Shown one piece after another: positions 1-10,600 of a DNA stretch of 64,000 nucleotides; within the stretch, counting starts at the first letter, position 1; the number at the start of each line of letters is the position of its first letter. The position numbers and the translations under genes are program-made. The notes under the pieces are model-generated. The model worked only from the letters and a program-made list of their open reading frames with translations. It was not told the DNA's origin and searched no databases. The stretch covers positions 1 through 64,000 of the forward strand of contig DF236991.1 of assembly GCA_000708835.1 (NCBI GenBank). Reading direction: 5' to 3'. The DNA is from Klebsormidium nitens (lineage: Eukaryota; Plantae; Klebsormidiophyceae).

Positions 1-163
1 AAACCCTGTCCAACCGTCACAAAAACCTAGTCGACACGGTCAGAGGACTGAGTTCCCTCCTCAAAACGGGCTTATCTGATGAACTTAGTTGCCCAAATCA
101 CCAAACAAACAAAAACGTACAAGACATACGCTGCTTCTGCTTATAGGACGTACTCTGCTCTAC

Positions 164-3100
164 TCAAACTGCGGACACACGGACGATGCCCGTGCCCCAG
201 TTGGCCGCCAGGTCGCGGAGCCTGTCCGGAATGTACTCGATTCCAAACCACAGGTTCGACTTCTCGTCTGCGGTGCCCATGAAGTAATTCCCCCAGCGCG
301 ACACCGGCAGGGGAAAGCCGCCAGCGAAGACTGCATAGCCCGTAAAGCCGTCCTCCGGTGCCACTCCCAACCGCGCGACGATAATGTCACCTTTGGGGCC
401 GCTGACGTCATCGAAGGCGACGAAGGCCACGCTCGGAAAGAAGTCGGGGCCCGAGAGGGAGAAGCCCATGACGCCCCGCCCGTTGCGATTGATGGCGAAC
501 GACGGGTGGAGGACGTTGTTGCTGACGGTGGCAGGGAGAGATATACGTCAGCACGATAGTAGAACGGAAGCACGAAGCTAGCGCACACGGTCCATATATA
601 TCTGCGAAGATGTCGGACTACCAGAACAAATCAAAATTTTCTTCTTGCAGCACAGCAAGCCCGGATACCATCCAAATCGGCGCAACGCCACTTATTGATA
701 ACTTTCTCCCAGTATCTTGACCAGTTTGCGCCGGAGAAGGTCGCTGGTAATGAGGACACCGGAACGAAACACCCAAAGGAAAGTTTGGCTGCTAACCAGG
801 TTCTCTAACCAACACTCAATCTGATTCTCTGACCAATAATCGCGATATATCCATGCTAAAAATCTGGTTAACTACCGCCTGAGTCTGTTCATCGGACAGT
901 TAAGCAGCTTCGAAGCAGCCCGTAACCGACTATGGTTAACCGCCAAAAACCCTGTGTCTGGGACTCACCTGTTTACAACGGCGACCACACCCGCCTTAAA
1001 AACGCGTCCCGTGACCTCTGCCGGGCGGCCGTTTTCAGCCGGTTCGACGTGGGGCGTGATCAGGAACCAAGCAATGCCCACCGTGGGCGGCCGGTTGGCA
1101 TCCCCGGGCACTATGTGGTTGAGCGCGGCAAAGAGGTTCCCGTTCGCAAAGACCAGCTCTCTCACGGCGTCGTCGAAGCTGTCCAGCAGCTCGAGGGGCG
1201 CCGTTGTGTTGAGCACCCGGGGGCCGTTCTTCTGAGTGGCCGGGAGGCCGCCGTTGGGGCTCAGACTGGCGTCATCGAAGAAAGCACAGTTGTTGTACTC
1301 AATCTGCGCGCGCAAAGAAACACAGGGAGTTTTGGCGGCGGTTAAACATAGTCGGTTACGGGCTGGTTCAGAGCTGGTTGAATTGTCCAATAACCAGACC
1401 TTAGAGCAGTAACCACGGTTTTAACATGGCTATAACGCGGTTAAAGAATCACACTAAATTCTGGTTATCAAACCTGGTTAGCAGCCAAACCTTCCTGTGA
1501 AAGGCCCGGTTGGGGCCGGACTCGGAACACATGAGATGGGGCCCACGACCGAAGGACGCGGGAGAAGCCTCACCACTCCCATATACGAACAAAAAACCAG
1601 AGGATCTTTCATTTATTCCTGCTCGTCTCAAAGGAAACGTTCTCAAACAGGACGGCAGCGGCCGTCTTTTCGACGAACACAGTAGTTTTTGGCCCGTAAC
1701 CATGCATGGTTATGGGCTGGCTATGGGCTGGTTCAAAACTGGTTGAGTTTTCAATAACCCAGAATTGGGCGGTAAGCAGCCTTGGAACGAAGTCAAAGCC
1801 CGCGCAGTTATTGGTCTGATAACTTGAGACTCAGTCTGGCAACCAAAATCTCGTGTGAAACAGATCCATGCAGGTCGGGATCCGGCGTAGCACACCCTCC
1901 ATGTAGCTTTTTGAATACGCGTGGACCCTCGGCTGCTCTTATAACCTTTTAAGTTTATTAAGTCCTCGAATGACGTCAGCGAATCCAGTCTCACCAGGGA
2001 GTCGAGCAGCGTCTGGACGAGTTGAAGGCCGAAGACGTTCGGATTCGGCCCGCGCAACGCGCCCGTGTTGACGAGCGCGAAAAGTGCCAGCTGGCGGACT
2101 AGGGTGCCGTTGCAAAAGAAGTCAGTGTCGCCGACGAAATAGACGACGCCCCCCGCCTGGGTCGGAAATTGCTCATCGGGGGACACGCGCGCCACATTGA
2201 GGTTTATAGCCGGCATGCCCTGCACGTTGGACGGTTAACGGGAGTTTTTGGTCGTTAATCATGGATGGTTAGGGGCTGTTTACGGCTGGTCAAAGATTGG
2301 TTGTATGTTCAGCAACCAGACTTGGGCTTTAACCAGCCCCGGAACGAGGTCAAAGCCGGGTTATTTGTCCAGGAACCTGAGAGTCGGTCTGTAGTCAGCC
2401 TGGTTAGAGGCCAAAACTTGCTGCGGTTATGCCTCGAGATGGGGATACGCGATGAGGCCGACTTCTACCATTTCAAAGGCACACGCGCTTTGTGTGACAA
2501 GCATAATTGGTTGACGGCCGTGAAGAAAAGTGCGTTCAAAAGCGGCGGTTGCTACCTCAACCCGTTGGGAAATCATCCAAGACGGGGCAGTTCAGTTCAC
2601 CCTGCTGAAAATGCTTACAGGGAGACTCATCCGACGTTACACATTATGATCGATCGCCAATTGAAGCATTGGGAATCTGTTTTGAGAGGTTGGTTGAAGT
2701 CACAAGTCAGCTTTTCCCTCCGACCTGAGTTCGATAATTATTCTGGAACGGACGTGCAAATTCTCTTTTCGACATGAGTGACAATGAAGGCGGTAAAAAT
2801 GTTTTCAACGGGGGACTCGCATATGTCTGAATAATCTGCTCCTTTGAGGACAAAGCGCTTGAAGAGAGGATTTCTTGTCAAAGAGCGAAGTCCGCTTCCA
2901 TACTGCGGCTCCCAGAAACCGACTCAGCCGCAGCCAAACGCAGGGATAAAAAATAACTGAAAGATCTCAATTTGACAAACAATTCGAAGCTGAGGGAGAC
3001 AGAAGACAAGCGCCGACATCAAACAGTCACAGCAAGATTTGGCTGCTAACCAGGTTGATTACCAGCCTTTTTCTCAGATTCTTGGACAAGTAACCGGACT

Positions 3101-6100
3101 TTAATCTTGCTCCGAGGCTGGTTACCGCCCGGGTCCGGTTATCGGACACATAACCGTTCCAGAATCAGCCCATAACCAGCTATGGTTAAGGGCGAAAACC
3201 TCCTGTGCAGCTTACCTCGACGAGCGTAGCCGTGCTGTTGATATAAGCGGCGGTTGGGATGGACGCGTCCCCGGCCGCCAGCGCAAACTTGGACATAGCG
3301 TATACGTCCTGAGTTGAGCTTTCGAACGTGGAGAGCGAGAACGATATTCCGTTCAACGTCAGGACGTCCGCATTGACGGCGAGCTTCGGCTCGTTCTGAG
3401 ACAGAGGGACGCTTTCTGTGAGCACAGCGGCCTAGAGAGAGCCGGAGATGTCCAAAACGTTCCAATGAAAGTTCGGCCCTGGAACCGGAATCTTGGCATC
3501 CGCCTGAAATGTTTGCAGGAATTTGGCATCTCTAGGTTTCAGAAAATAGAAATCTGGCATCCAGAAATCCTCCAGAACTTCAGAGCTTTTCTGTGATCTC
3601 AAGAAGCCGGAATATCCGCTTATTTGACGCTTGGAATCTGAGATTTCCAAACCCACGAAGTGCCGGGTCCTGGGCCGAGAGAGTGCTCTTTCAATGGATC
3701 CGGGCCTGCTGCTTGCGATCTGGTGGCTCATGACTTTGTTGAGATGCGGAGTGAGAAGGACATGACGTGAACACGCGCGCTGGAGGGACTTGGGATACTT
3801 CAGCCCTTGCGCTTGAAAGTTGATACACAGCAAAGACTCGTATCAAGCGGTCCGCCCGAACTCTGGAAGTCTGGTCACGGGCGCAGAGACCACAGTCCAC
3901 TATTCTGGAGAACGTCTGTTTACGGGTTCACGGGTTCTAGGCTTTTAGGGTTTTGACAAAACCCTAAAAGCCTAGAACCCGAAAAAGTGGACTGCTCCCT
4001 TGCATCAATCATTACCGCTTGTTCATGGTAAGTTGGTAAAAGAGGTGACGGCTGCAGCTTACCAGGAAACACGGGCAGGTTGGCCTCAGATCGGGCGTCC
4101 CTTCGGTGCCGTCGTTTGTGGTGGGCAGCCGGTAGAGAGCGTAACCCGCACGTGGGTCGCCGCTGGTGGTGACGGCAACTAGGGTGGCGCTCGGCGCCAT
4201 GCGCATGAACGTGGTTTCGTTCAGCGTGTTGAGGAGGAACGAGAAGAAGAAGCGCCCGGTGTCCCGGTCGAATACACAGCGGGGGCTAGAGGTATACGCG
4301 CCGAGCGCGGCTCCGGTGGTACTGTTAAACGGGGCCACCTGCGAGAAGAGACTTCAATTTAGCAAAAGTGAATAGTAAGCTAACCAGCCTGGGACGGGTA
4401 GGGTTAGTTTGGGGGTTAGGGTGGGTTTGGGTGCGGAGCGGCCGTGCTTTTGTGGGTAGGTCTTTATTGTTAGTGGAGGAGCTTACTATTCTAGCTCTTA
4501 CTAATTCTAAGTTGAAGAGAATACCTGCGAGGGGCGCGAACTTCGATTTCTCGGGCCATGTTCCCGAATAAAGAGTCGCCTCACAGGAGTCTTGGTTCAA
4601 AGGTTTTGGCAACGTGCAAAACTGGCTAGATGGTTCAAGGCTCCAGGTAAAAGGGTGAACAGCATTGTTTGTGTGCCGGCACATCAATCAGGCCTCTCGA
4701 ATGCTCGACAAACGAGAACTGTCCGTATTGCCCGAAAAACGAAGAGTAGTCCAGAGCGCAGTCTGAACACGGCAGCGAACCGTGAGGTCGGTTTTAAACT
4801 ACACCAGTGTTCAGCCTATCTGATTAGGTGTTCCTGTAGACACTCGTATACAGATTCCCTTCTTCTGAGGGCAAGAACCCTTATCGTGATTTTAGGGGTT
4901 TGCTAAGATCGCCTTCCCCTTTTCGAATTAACACGCGTGTGATATTAAGAAAAGAGAAAGTGAAAGAGAAAGGAAAGCCTTGAATCTTTCTCTCCCGCAT
5001 GCAATCAAAGCAGCTTTTCAAAAGTACCTCCGCTAGGTTGAAAAGGTTCAAGACGGATTCTTGCGCACCTGCAGAAACTGGTTCAGCGCCACCGGAACGG
5101 TCAGCTGGACCCCGGAAGCGGAATCGAAGACGACGAGAGCGCGTTTGACGACCTGGACGACGAATCCGTTGCCCGCGCACAGCCCGCCATCGGACGGCTC
5201 CACGTCGGGGTTGGTATTATTGTAAATGCCCGTCCCAGCCGTCCGCTGATCCAGGTTGTCGATCCCGTCAAACGTCAGGACGCGCGCGCTTGGGGGGGGC
5301 GCGAGCGCGACCTTGAAGAATTGGGTGGAGGCGTGTCGCGCCGACGAGGGGTCCTGCTTTAGAGGGGAAAGTAAAGTAGTCTCGATTTTATGTTGTGTTA
5401 CGGCTGTGTTGAGTCAGATCATGCCCGGGGGACGGGTGGGGTTGGTCTGGGGGTTTGGGGTGGGTACGGATGCGGAGCATGTTAACTGGGGTTTAGTTTC
5501 TCAGTTTGTTTTAGCCCGGGGAACCGATCTAACTCAACATACACATAAACATAAAATCAAGACTTATGGAGAGTAAAGGGTCTCTCGATTCGATACGGGA
5601 ACTCGCGGAAGAAACCACATTCGGCGTTTTCGAGCAAGCATCTGTCTGAGACAGGCTTGCTCGACTTGGATCAAAAGAATGCACGAGGCTCTTCTTGAAG
5701 GATCTCGAAACGGCTCACATTCTCAGAGACCTCTGTTGAGACAGAACGTCCTCCAGGGCCTCTAAGGTGACCGAAAGTTGAAACTGCGAAGAGCCGCAAT
5801 TGCGGCCCTGGCAGTTTCCCTGAGCAGACTATCTTTGACCACCAAACTCGAAGACGAGTATCCCACGACCGAGCCCAGAAGCACTTCTCAAGAACGGTTT
5901 TTCTCACTTTCAAGAACGGTTCAAGTCTTCAAAGAGAGTAGATCTTTAAAGTCTCATTTCTCAAGAACGATTTTTCTCCTTTCAAGAACGGTTCAAGTCG
6001 TCAAGGAGAGTAGATCTTTTCTCAGTTCCGAGTCTCAAGAACGCTTTTTCTCACTTCCCAGGAACAGTTCAAGTCTTCAAAGAGAGTAACTCTTAACATG

Positions 6101-6579
6101 CTCACAGTAGCCGGTCAGGTCCCTCGAACCGGCTCCGTGATCCTGCAGTTCAGATACATGCCCGCAATCTTGCTCACCATGCTTGAGATAACGGAAGCCG
6201 CGGTCGATTGATTCGTGGGGCTTGGGTCGGCCGCGGTCCCAGGACAACTTCCCGGGCCATTGTCGCCGGAAGACGGTCTCCTGCGTCCGGCTGACGTCCC
6301 GGTGCACGCGACGGCAGCCGGCGGGTCGACCGGATCCGCTGACGTCACCGCTGGCGACGAGGTGACGTTGGTGAACAGCTCCTGGTTTGAGGGCGTCACG
6401 GTGATGCCGGGGCGCCGGTTGTTTACGTCACGGATGACGAAGGGCGCGAGGGAGAAAGAGCCGTAGCGGACGGTGTTGATTTCAGCATTGGGGGAGGTGG
6501 AGCTCGGGGTGTTGGCCCCGACTAGGGCCGCAAAAAAGACGGCGACAACCAGGAAAGGGAGCGCCAGCTGCTTGGCCAT
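164..6579 (-). CDS. Secreted uncharacterised protein, ~686 aa, 7 exons (6579-6178, 5353-5069, 4338-4063, 3395-3216, 2219-1995, 1303-969, 521-164); resembles bacterial hypothetical secreted proteins
   Basis: Signal peptide MAKQLALPFLVVAVFFAALVGA. All introns are GT-AG with matching phases. Motifs: EPSDGGLCAGNGFVVQ, PRCVFDRDTGRFF, TNDGTEGTP..CPCF, NNVLHPSFAIN..G.GVMGFSLSGPDFFPS, RWGNY, EYIP..LAANWGT. Confidence 0.75.
781..955 (+). repeat. ~180-nt dispersed repeat, copy 1 (starts just inside the exon 6 donor)
   Basis: Runs tttggctgctaaccagg...cccgtaaccgactatggttaaccgccaaaaaccctgtgt; alignable by eye to five other copies. Confidence 0.8.
1320..1493 (-). repeat. ~180-nt dispersed repeat, copy 2 (abuts the exon 6 acceptor, inverted relative to copy 1)
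   Basis: Reverse complement reads tttggctgctaaccagg...cccgtaaccgactatgtttaaccgccgccaaaactccctgtgt. Confidence 0.8.
1675..1850 (-). repeat. ~180-nt dispersed repeat, copy 3 (mid-intron)
   Basis: Reverse complement carries gctgcttaccgcccaa, gaaccagcccata, ccataaccatgcatggttacgg and ccaaaaactactgtgt blocks. Confidence 0.65.
2238..2422 (-). repeat. ~180-nt dispersed repeat, copy 4 (abuts the exon 5 acceptor)
   Basis: Reverse complement reads agcaagttttggcctctaaccagg...gattaacgaccaaaaactcccg. Confidence 0.75.
3033..3207 (+). repeat. ~180-nt dispersed repeat, copy 5 (abuts the exon 4 donor, inverted relative to copy 4)
   Basis: agcaagatttggctgctaaccagg...cccataaccagctatggttaagggcgaaaacctcctgtg. 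Confidence 0.8.
3931..3981. repeat. Perfect 51-nt palindrome (25-bp arms) containing TTTTAGGG/CCCTAAAA
   Basis: cgggttctaggcttttagggttttg-a-caaaaccctaaaagcctagaacccg; the arms are exact reverse complements. Confidence 0.9.
4391..4439 (+). repeat. G-tract repeat (~50 nt), copy 1; copy 2 at 5429-5478
   Basis: GGGACGGGTAGGGTTAGTTTGGGGGTTAGGGTGGGTTTGGGTGCGGAGC versus GGGACGGGTGGGGTTGGTCTGGGGGTTTGGGGTGGGTACGGATGCGGAGC. Confidence 0.75.
5886..6086. repeat. Intronic tandem repeat, 3 copies of ~73 nt
   Basis: Unit ctcaagaacggtttttctcactttcaagaacggttcaagtcttcaaagagagtagatcttt recurs at about 5887, 5959 and 6033. Confidence 0.85.
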
Positions 6580-7134
6580 GACGAACGCGGGAATCTGCAA
6601 GCAATTAGGAACAGATTTCTCAGAAGGTCGTACACGGGGAGAAGTGGTATGCAACCAAGTTTGGTTTGTGGTTGGTCAAGTGCCCTTCTACCAAGCGAAC
6701 CTGGGTCTACATCTGGGTCACTGCCCTTTGATCTTGGTTAAGGGCGGAAAGCTTCCCGTGAAAGCATTCCGATAGGCGAGATGAGAATGCGGAAGTGAAC
6801 TTAGCGTGCTTAAAAGATGCTCAACACATGACCACACACGGTGACGACATAGTTGTAAGTGTGTCGTTCCGAATATGCTGGCAAGATTCGAAGAGGCTTG
6901 GAAAGGACGAAAACCAATCGTTCAGATTCTCCGATTAAAGGAGGAGGCGACCAGTCATGTCTTGAAGTCCCTTAGAGGTCGCTAGCAAAATCCGTGCGAT
7001 ACTGAGAATCGACTGTGGGCCTCAGACTGTTCTCCGCAACATGCCAATCGAGTCCGAGAATGCTGGTGGATACGCTGCCGATTTGAAGAACGAGGCAAAC
7101 GATCAACTGAATACGGGAACGAGATCATTCTCAA

Positions 7135-7310
7135 ATCACTAGAAACATCTGTCCAACCATACCGCCTACTGGAAGATAGCGTAGAACATTCTCTTGCATT
7201 TGAGCAATCTTAATATCCAGCATCATTACAACGATTAAGAACAAAACTTCAATCGCCCCCACATAGACAACTAGAAAGATTAGAGCGAAGAATCCAACAC
7301 CTAATAGTAC
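7135..7310 (-). pseudogene. nad6: Nuclear copy of a mitochondrial nad6 fragment (NUMT)
   Basis: Translates to LLGVGFFALIFLVVYVGAIEVLFLIVVMMLDIKIAQMQENVLRYLPVGG, matching the conserved plant Nad6 segment (YVGAIAVLFLFVVMM...RYLP). AT-rich and lacks the rest of the gene. Confidence 0.85.
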
Positions 7311-7414
7311 CCACTTGGAAAACGTCACGTACTCAGTGTCCGAAGCTAGGGGGAACCGCTTACCTGGGTTGAGCACAGAGCCTTTACGGAGTCGCTCCTC
7401 GCTGCTTCTGGTTC

Positions 7415-7664
7415 TGTAGGAGTGCAGCTAGGCTTAGATATGATGCACACACATGGTGGACACCATGGATCGAGGCGCTTGCAGAGAGAGTTGTTTTTCT
7501 TGTCTCGTGAAGTATGAATTCAGCACAATCACGTTCAGCCTAAGTATGACTGTACTCTAAGCTAATGTTCGTAGTTAGGCTAACCAACCAAGTTATCGGT
7601 TAACCTAGAACTAGATCGAACACTGTCCTCAACTCCGGTCGTATGATCTGATAGATCTACAACA
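7415..7664 (-). repeat. 3' LTR of the copia element
   Basis: Identical by eye to 12045-12294; preceded on the minus strand by a polypurine tract (gagagggag, about 7665-7673). Confidence 0.97.
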
Positions 7665-7691
7665 CTCCCTCTCGAACGGAGTTCTCTCACA

Positions 7692-10600
7692 CTACATCAG
7701 ACCAATGAGGTTACGGCAGAGTTCAAACTTATCGGCTGAGACTGGTTTGGTTAGAAAGTCTGCTGCCTGTCTCTCTGTGCTGACGTATTTGAACTCTATC
7801 TCACGTCTCATGATGCGTTCTCTCACGAAGTGATGGCTGATATCTATATGCTTGCTTCTCTGGCTGGCGATGGGATGCTTGGACAGCTGGATTGCTCCCT
7901 GGTTGTCGCACCCGATCTGCACCGTCTCGCACTCGATGTCCAGGTCTGCAAACAGCTTCTTTAGCCACAGCGCCTCCTTGGTCGTGAACGCGGCCGCCAT
8001 GTATTCGGCTTCGACAGTTGAGCACGCCACCGTCGGTTGACACTTGGACGCCCACGAAACAGCTCCGCCCCCGAGAGTGAAGACGTAGCCAGTGGTTGAG
8101 CGCCGCGTGTCGATGTCGCCCGCGTAGTTGGCGTCGCAGAACCCCTTCAACTTCAGCCCCTCTGTCCCGTCAAAGCTTAACCCGACTTCTGGTGTGCCCG
8201 CCAAATAGGACAGCACCGCCCGTGCCATCTTCCAGTGGTCCCGGGTTGGCTTGCTCATGAACCGGGACAGGACCCCGACGGCTTGGCTGATGTCAGGACG
8301 GGTGCAGTTGGCGATGTAGAGCAGGCTGCCGATGAGACGGGAGTAGGGGAACGCCGAAACGTCCAACTTCTCTCCCTCTCGAGTCGGCTTCTCCGCCGGG
8401 CTCATCGGGGTCGCCCGCGCCTTCGCGTCCGCCATCCCGTGCTCCGCCAGCAGGTCTTTGATGCTCCTCTTCTGGGTTAACTTCAGGGTCTTGATAACCC
8501 GGTCCCGCTCGATCTCCATTCCCAGGAAGAAGTTCGCATCCCCTAGGTCACGGATGTCGAAAACGGCTGACAGGGCCTCCTTCGTCTCTTCGACTGCGGC
8601 CGGAGTCCCGATCACTAGGCTGTCGTCTACCCAGACAACCGTGTAGGTTTCCTTCCCCGGATCTTTCCGGCAGAAGAGCGCCGGATCCGCTGTGGAGGGG
8701 CTAAACCCGATCTTCTGCATCTCAGAAGAGAGGCACAGGTACCAGGCACGGGGGGCTTGCTTGAGACCGTAGAGGGACTTCTTCAGTCTCAGCTTCATCT
8801 CTGATCCCCCGACTTCATACCCCTCTGGCTGGTCAGCCCAAATCTCCTCCTCCAGGGTTCCGTTCAGAAACGCGGTTTTGACATCAAGTTGTTTGATCTC
8901 AAGATCTCTCGCTGCGGCTACGGCTAGGAGGGTTCTGACTGTGGGGAATCGGCTGACAGGGGCGAAGACTTCCTCGAAGTCGACCCCGTGCTTTTGTTTG
9001 AACCCCTTTGCCACGAACCTCGCCTTGTACCGTTCGATTTGCCCCTGCTTGTCCCGCTTCAGCTTGAACGTCCACCTCACTGGAACCGGTCTCACCCCAT
9101 CCGGAGGCTTCTCCACCGTCCAAGTTCCGTTCTCCAAGAGCGAGGCAATCTCATCGTCCATCGCCTTCTCCCACAGCTCCCCATCTTCTCGGGCCATCGC
9201 TTCCGTTCGCGTCTCCGGCTCTCCCTCTGCCTTTTGGCGCGCTGCGTTGGCTCTCACCCACTCTCGACCTGTGTAGCAAGAGTTGCTCCGTCTCTCTCCG
9301 TCCCCTCTCAGGTTGTAGGGTTTTGGCTCAGCAGGAGGGTTAGCTTGACCCGGTTGGGTAGCTGGCTCGGGTTCTCCCTCCGGTTCGCCGTGCGGGTTGA
9401 TGACGTCAGGCTCTCCCTCTGCTTCTCCTTCCGACTCCAGATCTCCTTCATCTGCATCTTGGGGGATTGTTGAGGGAGGCTTGTCTTCAGTCTTCTCCGC
9501 AGTCTCTTGGAAGGTTACGTCCCTTGAGACCTGGATCGACCCGTCCGACTTCAAAACCCGGTAACCCTTGGTGTGTGGCTCGTAGCCGACGAACACCCCC
9601 TTCTCAGCAACGGCGTCCAGCTTCTTCCTCTTCGGTGCAGGGACGTGAGCGTAGCAGATGCAGCCGAAGACTCTCAAGTGCGAAACTGACGGTTTCTCTC
9701 CAGTCAGAACCTCCAAAGGCGTCTTCCCGTGCGCTCTCGACAGGGTTCTGTTTCGCACGTGGTTGGCTGTGAAAACTGCTTCGGCCCAAAGCTCCTTTGA
9801 GAGTCCCGCATCTTGAAGTGGCATCGCTCGCGCCTTCTCCAAGAGAATTCTGTTCAGACGTTCTGCTACTCCGTTTTCCTGGGGGGAGTACGGATTTGTC
9901 GTCTGATGAACGATCCCCTTCTCACTGCAGAACTGAGCTAGCTCCTTGTTCAGAAACTCTCCTCCCCTGTCAGTTCTAAACTCTTTGACTCGGGAGTCTA
10001 GCTGGTTCTCGAGTTGTTTCACAATCCCGATAATTGCACTCTTGGCCTGGCTCTTCTCTAGCAGAAATTTGACGACTGAGCATCGGCTGACGTCATCAGT
10101 GACTGTCAGGATGTATCTGCTACCTCCTTTGCTCTTAACAGGGAGAGGACCACAGAGATCCATGTGAAGGAGCTCTAGAGGCTTGCGAGAGGAGTGGCTA
10201 TAGCTGTTTTGGAAGGGGAGTCTAGTTTGTTTGCCTAAGATGCACGGCTCACAAACTTTCTCCTTGAGCTGTCTGAATTGCTTTGCACTGACTGGGAGAT
10301 TGGAAACGGACTCCTGTTCTGCCATCTTGGCAAGCACCTCAGGACTAGCGTGACTGAACCTCCTGTGCCAAAGCTCAGCACTTTGCTCTTCCTTGACAGA
10401 AAACGCTTGACCATTCCCCTCTTCTTGAATGATCAACATGCTGTCAGAGTTGATTGCCTGCATCACCACTTCCTGTTTGAATAGCAGACTGATCTGACTT
10501 CCTGACCCCCTCACTTCGGCTCCTCCCTCGAGCATCTTGGTCAGGGAAGCGAGATTTGCTCCAACGCCTCGAACCAGTCTGACGTTCTTCAGCAAGACGA

